DNA of 64,000 nucleotides, from NCBI GenBank assembly GCA_963578605.1, contig CAUZEA010000001.1, positions 83,749-147,748 on the forward strand, read 5' to 3'. Source of the stretch: Planctomycetota bacterium (lineage in GTDB: Bacteria; Planctomycetota; Planctomycetia; Pirellulales; Lacipirellulaceae). Of the stretch, positions 49,020 to 57,660 are shown in pieces. The position numbers and the translations under genes were made by a program. How positions within the stretch are numbered: the stretch's first letter is position 1; the number at the start of each line of letters is the position of its first letter. The notes beneath the pieces are model-generated. The model ran no database searches and had not been told where the DNA came from. It was given only the letters and a program-made list of their open reading frames with translations.

Positions 49020-51362
49020 CTACAACTCGAAGTTAAACGTCCGAGTCAGGTAGCGCCAGAGACGCTGACCCAGCGTACGGGGTGCCGTCTTAATCCTCCC
49101 CTGGCCAACGAGCCCGACTCGGAGGATGTCATCGATGTCATCGTCTGGCAGGGGCGCAACCGCCTCGTAATAGGGCTTGAGGGGGCGATCGGTCCCGGTC
49201 TGATCCATCTGGCTGGGAATATTGCCGCCATGAAGCCCGGAGAGACGTCGGGGGGTTTCCTTGAGATTCTCCGCCGACTTCTGCTCGATCTGGCTGGTGT
49301 AGATGTGGTCCGCAGACTGATCGAGCATGATGTCAACTTCTTGCCCCTTTTCGACCAGGGCAATGTCGTTCTGATCAATCACCATGCGTGCTTCGAGACG
49401 GTGGGGGTCCCCAATCAGGCAGAGCTTGGTACTGGGTAACAATACGGCTCCGAGGTTTTCCGGATCCAAGGGCGATCCGGACCAGCTGGGCAAGCGACGG
49501 TCGTCATCAGGGGGTTCTGGCAGCCGCGGTGGAGCCATGACCACACCCGCTTCAGGCGCAAAGATGCGGAGCCGCTCTGCATCGAGTCTCAATTGCTCGA
49601 GGTTAGTTTCAACCGATTGCAACGCCTTGTTTGTTTGGGCAAATTCACCCGCGGAACGTCGCGAGTCTCCTCCGATCTTACGGAGGCTGGCAAGTCGTGT
49701 TTGATACCAGCGTCGCTCTCCTTCTTTTTCGGCAATTCCGAGCTCGTTGTCGATGTTCGAGAGCCAGGCCAGCAACTGCCCTTTTTCGACGACTTCACCA
49801 GGCTTTACGCGCACGTCTTCCAACACCCCGGGAACTTCAACATAAACAATAGCAGGATCACGGGGATGAATTTCCAGGCTGCAAAACACTCGGGCGGGGA
49901 GTGGAATGAACATCACTCCACTAATAACCACCGCGATTACCACGATCGTCGTCACCATGGGGGCACGTTTCACTTTTCCTAATCTCCCTGGTACTTTGAG
50001 AAACTTGTAAAGCTTCCAGAACGGCTGCACGATCAGACCGTAGAGTGCTGCAACGGCAATCAGCTGGCCGATGATTTTCAAACCGTAAGGCTCAAAAACC
50101 CTGTTCAGGAAAAACAAAATCGAGAGGACAATGACCCAGCGATAAATGGATGCCGCCACGGTGTAGAGGGCAAAGAGACCCTGCTTGCGTTTGGGCAGGA
50201 AGGGATCTTCCGGCTCTTCCAGGCCCAAACACCAGGAGCCGAGTTTACGGCTTAAGATCGCATTGGCTTTTTGGCGGAGATTGGGAATTTCGAGAATGTC
50301 GCTGAGGATGTAGTAACCGTCGTATCTGAGGAGTGGATTGGCATTGAACAGAATCGTACTCACCGAGCAGATGAACATCACGTTGAGCGCAAAATAATGC
50401 AGTGCACCTGGATTGGTAAACCACCAGATAAATGTACCAATCGAGGCGAGCACCAATTCGATGAATATTCCTGCCGCGCCAATAAATGCGCGATGCCAAC
50501 GGTTTGGCAGCATCCACGAATCGGAAACGTTGCAATAAAGGCACGGCGTCAGCACGAGAAACATCACACCTATTTCATGACACTCACCGCCGAAATGTTT
50601 GCAGGAGAGCCCGTGACCAAACTCATGCACAATCTTGGTCACTGCCAGGGTCAACCCCAGCCAGAGCCAATTCTGGGCAGCGAAGAAGGATTGAAACGAC
50701 GGCAATCGTGACTGGAACGTCTGAAATTGCACCAGCACAAGCGTCAACGCGCTCAACACCAACAGGCAACTAAAGAAGAAAGTAGACTTGCCAAAACACC
50801 AGCGAAAATAGGGATAAATGATGTTCAGAATCGGATCGGGGTCAAACCCCTTGAAACGAAACGCCAGGATGTTGGTCATATTAGCCAACCGCTGCTTCCC
50901 GGTACGTTCCTTGCCCCGCTTGCTGAGTTGGACACCTTGACCAGCCACCCCGGTGATCACCAACCCGCTACGGTGCAGCATGCCAATGAACTGTTGTAAT
51001 TCGTCCGGTTGAATCGTCTGGGGGGGAAAGTCGTTGGCAAATTGCTCAGCAATTTCCTCCAGGCTTGATTGACCATCGAGCATTTGCAGGATGGAAAATT
51101 CTTCTTCTTCAAACCGAAAATACTGCAATCCGATCGGCTCTTTCACGACCCAGTAGGCACGGCCCTGATACCGGTGCTTTCTTGCGACCAAGTCAGGCCG
51201 TACGCGGATCGACAGCTTGCGGCTGGAACTCGGAACCAAACTTTCGGCCAGGGTTGCCATAGAAGCTTTCGAAGACTGCGAAGTTCCGAGGTACCACCTG
51301 TCGACCCGATCGGCAGGCTTCACGAGCATGGAAAATTTCCCGGCCAATCGCCAACTGCACAC
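49020..51362 (-). CDS. Fusion protein: PqqD/RRE-like domain, polytopic M50 (site-2-protease-like) metalloprotease, C-terminal HlyD-type adaptor domain
   Basis: FSILQMLDGQSSLEEIAEQFANDF...ELQQFIGMLHRSGLV (PqqD-like). HEFGHGLSCKH and NANPLLRYDGYYILSD (M50 HExxH and LDG-type motifs). C-terminal EVPGVLEDVRVKPGEVVEKGQLLAWL...IFAPEAGVV (barrel-sandwich). The true start may be ATG at 51260. Confidence 0.8.
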   Translation of the reverse strand: MCSWRLAGKFSMLVKPADRVDRWYLGTSQSSKASMATLAESLVPSSSRKLSIRVRPDLVARKHRYQGRAYWVVKEPIGLQYFRFEEEEFSILQMLDGQSSLEEIAEQFANDFPPQTIQPDELQQFIGMLHRSGLVITGVAGQGVQLSKRGKERTGKQRLANMTNILAFRFKGFDPDPILNIIYPYFRWCFGKSTFFFSCLLVLSALTLVLVQFQTFQSRLPSFQSFFAAQNWLWLGLTLAVTKIVHEFGHGLSCKHFGGECHEIGVMFLVLTPCLYCNVSDSWMLPNRWHRAFIGAAGIFIELVLASIGTFIWWFTNPGALHYFALNVMFICSVSTILFNANPLLRYDGYYILSDILEIPNLRQKANAILSRKLGSWCLGLEEPEDPFLPKRKQGLFALYTVAASIYRWVIVLSILFFLNRVFEPYGLKIIGQLIAVAALYGLIVQPFWKLYKFLKVPGRLGKVKRAPMVTTIVVIAVVISGVMFIPLPARVFCSLEIHPRDPAIVYVEVPGVLEDVRVKPGEVVEKGQLLAWLSNIDNELGIAEKEGERRWYQTRLASLRKIGGDSRRSAGEFAQTNKALQSVETNLEQLRLDAERLRIFAPEAGVVMAPPRLPEPPDDDRRLPSWSGSPLDPENLGAVLLPSTKLCLIGDPHRLEARMVIDQNDIALVEKGQEVDIMLDQSADHIYTSQIEQKSAENLKETPRRLSGLHGGNIPSQMDQTGTDRPLKPYYEAVAPLPDDDIDDILRVGLVGQGRIKTAPRTLGQRLWRYLTRTFNFEL

Positions 51363-51409
51363 GAAAACTTGTCGCTGGAGCCGGCGCTACGGACGACTGG
51401 TCGGAAACA

Positions 51410-52447
51410 CTATTTGACCCGGTCGCTGAGCAGAACTTTCTCTGCCGTACCGAGATGGATGGTCATGGTGGCCTGTACCCCAGGATGGATTTGCCAGTTA
51501 CCGTCGACTAGTTCGTTGGTGACCTCAGCCCGAACTTTCCAGCAGTAGTCCTCACCACCGCGCCAGACAGCCACCGGATTGACCCAGACGATTTTTCCCT
51601 TGGCTTTTGCGGATCTGCCTCCACCAGCTGCCACGTCCACCGTCACCCCACAGCCAAGGATCTGGCTGGGCTCGAATTTTTTGACGCCGATCTCACCCTC
51701 AACATAGAGGGTATCGAGTTGCACCAGTCTCAAGATGGGGTCACCCGGGTTCACCCATTCCCCCTGTTGACGGAATATCTTGACGATCTCGCCTTTGCAG
51801 GGAGCAAGGATGGTCCGACGCTCAATCGCCATTTCCGCCGCTTCGAATTCGGTTCTTTTGGTCCAGTAATCGTATTTAGCCAGTTCGCGGTCGTTGCCGG
51901 CTTTTTCGATCGCCAGACCTGCCCGTTCGGCATCGAGCCTCAGACGCTCAAGTTCCACAAAGGGCACTGCCCCTTTGCGTTTGCGATCCAAATCCTGGTT
52001 GAGCTCATATTCTTTTTCGGCAACTTTGTGGGCTTTGGTGGCGTATCGGACGTCGATGTCGTCTTCGGCCTGTTTTTTCGCTTGCGCCATACCGTATTTG
52101 GCAGCGGTCTTTTGCATTTGAGCTTGCTGATCATCGACGCGGCCCAGTTCGGCGTTCTCTTCGACTCGACTACCTTCCTCAACGTCAAGCTTGATCAGCA
52201 AGCCTGGCTCAGAAGCCGAGACGCGGAGGTCTTTGGCAGGTTCGACGATGCACTCGGTAACCACCGGGTCTGCTGAACTGGACGGCTCTGTCGGCGCGGC
52301 CTCTTGGGCTCTCACCACGAGGTGGGTGGCGAGGATCAGACCAAACACAACCGGGAAATTCGATGTTTTCATATTCTTGATTCCGAGGATACATGCCCTG
52401 CGAAGGGTACTAGCCAGCGGTTTTGCCGCAATCAACTTCTTTTTCAT
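51410..52447 (-). CDS. HlyD-family periplasmic adaptor (membrane fusion protein)
   Basis: VSASEPGLLIKLDVEEGSRVEENAELGRVDD, long coiled-coil segment, ILAPCKGEIVKIFRQQGEWVNPGDPILRLVQ. The ATG overlaps the upstream TGA (ATGA). Confidence 0.85.
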   Translation of the reverse strand: MKKKLIAAKPLASTLRRACILGIKNMKTSNFPVVFGLILATHLVVRAQEAAPTEPSSSADPVVTECIVEPAKDLRVSASEPGLLIKLDVEEGSRVEENAELGRVDDQQAQMQKTAAKYGMAQAKKQAEDDIDVRYATKAHKVAEKEYELNQDLDRKRKGAVPFVELERLRLDAERAGLAIEKAGNDRELAKYDYWTKRTEFEAAEMAIERRTILAPCKGEIVKIFRQQGEWVNPGDPILRLVQLDTLYVEGEIGVKKFEPSQILGCGVTVDVAAGGGRSAKAKGKIVWVNPVAVWRGGEDYCWKVRAEVTNELVDGNWQIHPGVQATMTIHLGTAEKVLLSDRVK

Positions 52448-54609
52448 CCGAACCGGAACAACACATGCCGTTTGAATGCGTCGATCAGCGAGTGAAAGAT
52501 GACGTAACCAACCGGTTGTTCACCGCAATGGACCTTGGCCGTCGCCCCGGCATTCACTTTGGGATCGGCAACGATTTTACGGAGTTCATCCTGACCGAAG
52601 GTAACACGAATCAGGACGGCGTTACCGGCGTCGTCGTGAGGCTCGACAACTTCTTCAATCTCGACCACCTGGCCCGTCAAACGGTCTGAGGGGTGCGTCG
52701 CCAGAATGAATGTGACCTCTTGGTCACCACCACTCTGATCCCAGTATTTCTGAATATGTCGCATCCGCGACTCCGGCATACTGATTTCCAGTTCCCAGTC
52801 ACCCGCCGGATCGGCAACGGTCATGAGTTGTTCACCGGGCGTGACGGTCCGCCCCAGCAGCTTTTCCTCAAGTTCCCACGTAATGACCTGCCCAGCAATG
52901 GGACTGTAAAGCTTCAGTTTTTCACTTTTCTGGCGGAGCAGGTCGAGACGCGTTTCCAAAGTTTCTTTTCGCACTCGAAGCCCGGCGAGAGCCGCCGCTT
53001 GCTCGTGTAGTTGCTGTTCATAACTGTCGCGCCCGTCGTCCGAATCGCGCTGCGTTGCCCGCATCTCTTCCAAAACTTCCTGATATTCCCCCTCGGTCTG
53101 CTTGATGTCAGTCTCCAAATCGATACTTTCCTGAATGACCAACAGCTGACCTTGATCGACCGGTTGATCGTTGGTGACCAGGACCTGACGGATTTCGCCA
53201 TTGAGCGCAGCAAAGACTCGGGCCCGCTCGACCGGGCGCAACCGCGCATCACCTTGAGGGGCAAACTCGTACGGCACAAAGACCGCAACAGCCACCAAAA
53301 TGGCCGCGGCTCCGATGACCAAAAGCGTTTTGGGCAACTTGCGGCCCCGAAACAAACCGGCCGCCTTGCCCAAGGTCTTCCAAACGGGCATTAAAAACAG
53401 CCCTTCATACTCGACTGCGTTGTTCAGAGCGGTCGAACTGTGACTGCGAACCACGTCGACACGGTGCGTAAAACCATCTGCAGGCCGGCTGTCAACCATC
53501 TGTTCCACGATCAAAGCGCCCAGGAGACGTGGCGGGGTTTGATCGGTACGGAGATCTTCTTCATCACGGGGTTCGAACAGTGGCAACACGGCCATCGCCT
53601 TGGTATGCGACTCGTCGACATACGTCTCGAGCGCCTGTTCGACCTGGGGGGCCATGTTGGACGTGTCGCCCGTGTACCACACATCTTCACCGGTACGGGT
53701 CACGGCGTGGGCCAGTTTGCCCAGCAGCACCGTCACGTTGGAGCGCTTGTCGAAGGCGTCCTGCCCACTGATGGCTTCAATCGGACACCGCTGACCACGC
53801 TGAATCGCGATACTGACACGGTCGCAACCGATCAAGCGCCGCCCCTCATTGGCGATGGTGTACGCAGTCTGGCGGACTTCCAGCTTTTCATGGGCCAGTC
53901 GCGTAAACGACTCAAGTTGTTCCCACAACAATTGCTTGTCCGAAAGATGTCGCAGCCGCCGCCCACGCAGGAAATCGCTGGCCAGTTCGCAAGCCTGCAA
54001 GAGAAAACGCAAATAACCGCGCTGCGTGGCAGCTCGAGCCCCCGGCCGTTGGAATACTTCCACCACACCCTGGGCCCCCTGGTCATTGTGGATCGGTCCC
54101 AACACCAAGAGGAACTCGGTCGGATTTGCCGCAGTCGACTCGTCGTCATCGCTTTCTCCCGCGTGACCCGAGTGCGGCGCAACGAGTGCCCCCTCCGTGC
54201 CCTCGAGCACCTGGTGGAGCAACCGGGCATGTTGCATTTGGGCAACTTGATTTTCGGCCAGCTCTGCGTGGCGGAAATTGATTTGATATACCAGCTGCAA
54301 GCCACCGTTGTCGGCGACCGTCCAGACAGCCCCCCCCACCGCTGCCAACGCCGTAACGACACGGTTCAACAGTGCGTCGTAGAAGGCTTCGGGAGTGACA
54401 TCGGTTCGAGAGAGTTCGGCAATCTCCTGAATCAGGCCCTGAATCTCACGCTTGGCGCGAGCGACCGCCTCGGCATCGATCGTCGGGGCCCCGCCTGGAG
54501 AATCCGCCGGATTGGAATATTGGGGTGGGTTCACAATGTGGAAAAAATTTCGGTGGGTGGTGTGTAAAAGCTTAGGCGAGAGGAATGACTGCGGAATCAC
54601 CCGGTTCAC
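52444..54609 (-). CDS. GAF-GAF-TM-HlyD protein (cytoplasmic sensor modules fused to a periplasmic adaptor)
   Basis: GAF-like 1: LAAVGGAVWTVADNGGLQLVYQ...LLVLGPIHNDQGAQGVVEVFQ. GAF-like 2: IGCDRVSIAIQRGQRCPIEAISG...AMAVLPLFEP...LGALIVEQ. TM: LLVIGAAAILVAVAVFVPY. HlyD: VFAALNGEIRQVLVTNDQPVDQGQLLV...LYSPIAGQVI. GTG start is uncertain. Confidence 0.8.
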   Translation of the reverse strand: MNRVIPQSFLSPKLLHTTHRNFFHIVNPPQYSNPADSPGGAPTIDAEAVARAKREIQGLIQEIAELSRTDVTPEAFYDALLNRVVTALAAVGGAVWTVADNGGLQLVYQINFRHAELAENQVAQMQHARLLHQVLEGTEGALVAPHSGHAGESDDDESTAANPTEFLLVLGPIHNDQGAQGVVEVFQRPGARAATQRGYLRFLLQACELASDFLRGRRLRHLSDKQLLWEQLESFTRLAHEKLEVRQTAYTIANEGRRLIGCDRVSIAIQRGQRCPIEAISGQDAFDKRSNVTVLLGKLAHAVTRTGEDVWYTGDTSNMAPQVEQALETYVDESHTKAMAVLPLFEPRDEEDLRTDQTPPRLLGALIVEQMVDSRPADGFTHRVDVVRSHSSTALNNAVEYEGLFLMPVWKTLGKAAGLFRGRKLPKTLLVIGAAAILVAVAVFVPYEFAPQGDARLRPVERARVFAALNGEIRQVLVTNDQPVDQGQLLVIQESIDLETDIKQTEGEYQEVLEEMRATQRDSDDGRDSYEQQLHEQAAALAGLRVRKETLETRLDLLRQKSEKLKLYSPIAGQVITWELEEKLLGRTVTPGEQLMTVADPAGDWELEISMPESRMRHIQKYWDQSGGDQEVTFILATHPSDRLTGQVVEIEEVVEPHDDAGNAVLIRVTFGQDELRKIVADPKVNAGATAKVHCGEQPVGYVIFHSLIDAFKRHVLFRFG

Positions 54610-54801
54610 CTAACCACTGCGGCAATCTCTCTACCTTTAATGTATCGCAATCCAGTGCCAACGCAGACCTGATGTCTGGAGAACACCCCCTCGAATCCGG
54701 CAAACCCCGTCCCTCAACCGGCATAATCGGTCTGATCCCAAGGATTATTACCACTTCTGTGGCGTAGGCAAACCGGTTTTTGACCACTGCCGTCAACCTG
54801 C

Positions 54802-54845
54802 TTGGGGTGTCTCCATACAAGGATTGGGGTGTCTCCATACAAGGA
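54802..54845. repeat. Perfect 22-bp tandem duplication in the divergent region between the adaptor genes and infA
   Basis: ttggggtgtctccatacaagga occurs twice back to back. Confidence 0.9.
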
Positions 54846-55097
54846 AAAGGTCCCCTGCGCGCTCGAAATGGCGACCTGTTTTTCCCGCCTCTACCGACGC
54901 GTCGCACTGGACGACTCCGCTGCCAGGATGGTACGATTGTACATGGCTGGAGAGGTTTCAGCCCGCCCAGAGGACCGGCCATGCCGGTCAGGTGAATTCG
55001 GGACCGACCGCTCTGGGCGAGGAAAATTCATCGGCGGGGGCAGGCAGCCGATCCTTGAGTCCGTAGAGCCAATTCCAGCGGAGCAGCATTTCCATTC

Positions 55098-55322
55098 ATG
55101 GCCAAGCAGAAAGAAGAAGCCCTCGAAGTCGAGGGCACCGTTGTGCAAGCCCTGGCGAATACACGATTTCGGGTTGAAATCGAAGGAGGCCACATCGTCT
55201 TGGCCCACGTCGCCGGGCGTATGCGCAAGCACTTTATCCGGATCGTACCCGGCGACCACGTCCGCGTAGAACTCTCTCCCTACGATTTGACCAAGGGTCG
55301 AATTGTCTACCGCGAACGATAG
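55098..55322 (+). CDS. infA: Translation initiation factor IF-1
   Basis: [72 protein letters not shown]. Confidence 0.95.
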   Translation: MAKQKEEALEVEGTVVQALANTRFRVEIEGGHIVLAHVAGRMRKHFIRIVPGDHVRVELSPYDLTKGRIVYRER

Positions 55323-55470
55323 TTCTCCCCGAAAAACTTTCGGAAATTCTGACTGGCGGGCGCTTCGTCGCTTGGCGCGGCGCGGGAAAAGGGCCACGAT
55401 TGTTGGGAACCATCCTCGCTTTGCAGGTGTATTCTAAGTTAGACACCTGTAGCCGTGCGGCCCATCCCCG

Positions 55471-55506
55471 CGACTGGATTAAAAGCAGCGACTGGATTAA
55501 AAGCAG
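55471..55506. repeat. Perfect 18-bp tandem duplication, intergenic
   Basis: cgactggattaaaagcag occurs twice back to back, about 125 nt upstream of the GTG at 55630. Confidence 0.9.
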
Positions 55507-55629
55507 AATGTCGTTTGATGGATAAGGCCCGAAGGATCTGGCAGGCAAAGCGTATTTGGCATTCGTTTGATTGTACTTTCCCAGCTTAGTCCGAAATTGT
55601 CATTGTTCCTGTAATACGGAGAATCGATT

Positions 55630-57432
55630 GTGATCCACCGCCGTACCGTTTTGTTGACCTACTTTTGTCTGCTAACGACCACCGCACTCTGCCCGCTCGC
55701 GACAGCCCAGCCCACGTTACAGCCAACAAAGGCCGCTTTCGCAGTTGTCGGCGAACACGAATCGGTCGCCACGATAGCCATTAACAGTTACGACAACCTG
55801 CTTGCCGATGCCAATTTCATCGGCAGCCTGGCAGGTTACCCTGAAATCGGCAATATGGTGGAAGGCTTCATCGCCTTGTTCACCCAGGGGAAAGGCCTGG
55901 TTGGCCTCGATAAGTCCAAACCGTGGGGAGTACTTATCACGACCGACGGTAAGGAGTTCATGCCGATTGGCTGTCTGCCAGTCCACGACTCGAAGGACCT
56001 GCTGCAGCTGCTGGCCGCCTTCCAAATCAAAGTCGATGAACGTGACGATCACCTCGTGGAAATCACTACCCCGAACGGTCCGCCGCTTTTTGTGGTCGAA
56101 AAAGATGGCTGGGCCTACATTTCCAACAAAAGCGAATACCTGGACCCGGTTCCTGCCAACCCCGAACAACACTTCAGGTCCCTGGTCAAAGATTACGATC
56201 TGGCAGTGCAAGCTTCCGTCCAGAAGATTCCGAGCGAATACCGCGATTTGGCGATTGATCAGCTTCGCGCTGGTCTGCAAGAAGGACTGAAAAAGGAAGC
56301 GGATGAGGATGACGAAACCTTCGAAACCCGTAAACGATGGTCCGAATCGCAGTTGCAAAACATCGTGACGGGTATTGACGAGATCGATCAGGTTGTCATC
56401 GGCTGGGCGATCGACTCCAGCAAACAAAACACCTACTTCGACTTTATCTACCGGGTCTTGCCAGAAAGCGATCTCAGTAAATTGCTGGCGTCGATCGCTG
56501 CAAATGTCCACTCCAACTATGCCGGATTCTATCAACCTGAATCGGCCGCGTGCCTCACCTTCATCGCCAAATCCGATCCTAAGTTCAACGAGCGTGGAAT
56601 CGAGCAAATGAAGGCGACGATGTCGACCCTGCGGGAACAAATTGCCAACGGAATCGACAAAGAAGATGGGGATCTCCTGAAAAACGCAAAAACAAAAGCA
56701 GCTCTCAAAAAGGTCGTGTTTGGATTTCTCGACGCATTCGAAGAAACAGTAGCAACGGGTAAATCGGCAGGAGGGGCTGTGCTGGATCTCTCCCCAGATT
56801 GGTTGACAGTTGTAGTTGGCTGCTACGTGAAAGACCCCAGTAAGATTGATGAAAGTCTCCACGAACTGGCCAAAATAGCGGAAAAAGAGCCTGAGTTCCC
56901 GGGGGTAAACTGGAATGCCGACGAACATGAAGGAATCACGTTTCACACTATTCAGGTTCCCATCGGCGACGACGACGCGGGAGCCGACGATGACGACGAA
57001 CAAGCAAAGAAACTCGAACAAGCAAAGAAACTCTTAGGCCCGACGGCCGACTTCTCGATCGGCGTTGGAAAAGAGTCGGTCTATTTTGGCTTCGGACGTG
57101 ACAATTTGGGGAGAACCAAGGAAATTATCGACTCTTCCCTGGCTCAACCCAACAAACCCATGCCCATGGCCGAATGGATGATCTCGTTAGGGCCTATTAT
57201 GGAGGTGGCTGCTGAATTCTCCGACGACGATGACCCGCAGCAAAAGAAGATTTTGCAAACCATTGTCCAGATGTTGCGAAATGAGTCCCAAGGTAAAGAC
57301 CACGTTACCGCTGTCGCTACACCCATTGAGAACGGATTAAGATATCGCGTCATCGTTGAAGAGGGTGTTCTCCGAGCTTTGGGCAAAGCTGCCGCGGCTG
57401 CCAGCCAGGGCGCTGATGGGAGTGGTTCTTAA
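55630..57432 (+). CDS. Hypothetical secreted protein, acidic
   Basis: GGAG precedes the GTG. Signal peptide MIHRRTVLLTYFCLLTTTALCPLATAQP. The competing antisense ORF 55717-57021 has implausible composition. Confidence 0.7.
   Translation: MIHRRTVLLTYFCLLTTTALCPLATAQPTLQPTKAAFAVVGEHESVATIAINSYDNLLADANFIGSLAGYPEIGNMVEGFIALFTQGKGLVGLDKSKPWGVLITTDGKEFMPIGCLPVHDSKDLLQLLAAFQIKVDERDDHLVEITTPNGPPLFVVEKDGWAYISNKSEYLDPVPANPEQHFRSLVKDYDLAVQASVQKIPSEYRDLAIDQLRAGLQEGLKKEADEDDETFETRKRWSESQLQNIVTGIDEIDQVVIGWAIDSSKQNTYFDFIYRVLPESDLSKLLASIAANVHSNYAGFYQPESAACLTFIAKSDPKFNERGIEQMKATMSTLREQIANGIDKEDGDLLKNAKTKAALKKVVFGFLDAFEETVATGKSAGGAVLDLSPDWLTVVVGCYVKDPSKIDESLHELAKIAEKEPEFPGVNWNADEHEGITFHTIQVPIGDDDAGADDDDEQAKKLEQAKKLLGPTADFSIGVGKESVYFGFGRDNLGRTKEIIDSSLAQPNKPMPMAEWMISLGPIMEVAAEFSDDDDPQQKKILQTIVQMLRNESQGKDHVTAVATPIENGLRYRVIVEEGVLRALGKAAAAASQGADGSGS
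56998..57033. repeat. Perfect 18-bp tandem duplication inside a CDS
   Basis: gaacaagcaaagaaactc occurs twice, encoding EQAKKLEQAKKL. Confidence 0.9.
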
Positions 57433-57660
57433 CGAACCAAGGCGTGCACTCGGCGATCCTCTAGACCAGCAACCAGGGAGCTGGCTTTCATGCCGGTCGC
57501 GAAAGTTCGTAGGATGAGGGTACAGGAGGGCACAACCACGGGGCCCGTCCTGCTGGAAGCGTCCGTTCAAATCTCCCCGCTTTGATGCGGCATCAACCCA
57601 CGAGCCAACAACCAGTGACTACATCCCCAACAGGGTTGGCACGAGAACCCCGCTGAACCG

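Noticed and set aside
53440-54567. 375-codon plus-strand ORF antisense to the GAF-HlyD gene
   Set aside because: It is a shadow ORF typical of GC-rich coding DNA. It is Arg/Gly/His-rich with no motifs, whereas the minus-strand frame carries GAF and HlyD signatures.
55717-57021. 434-codon minus-strand ORF antisense to the secreted protein gene
   Set aside because: Its composition is implausible (Phe/Arg/Val-rich with no signal). The plus-strand frame has a Shine-Dalgarno, a signal peptide and protein-like composition.
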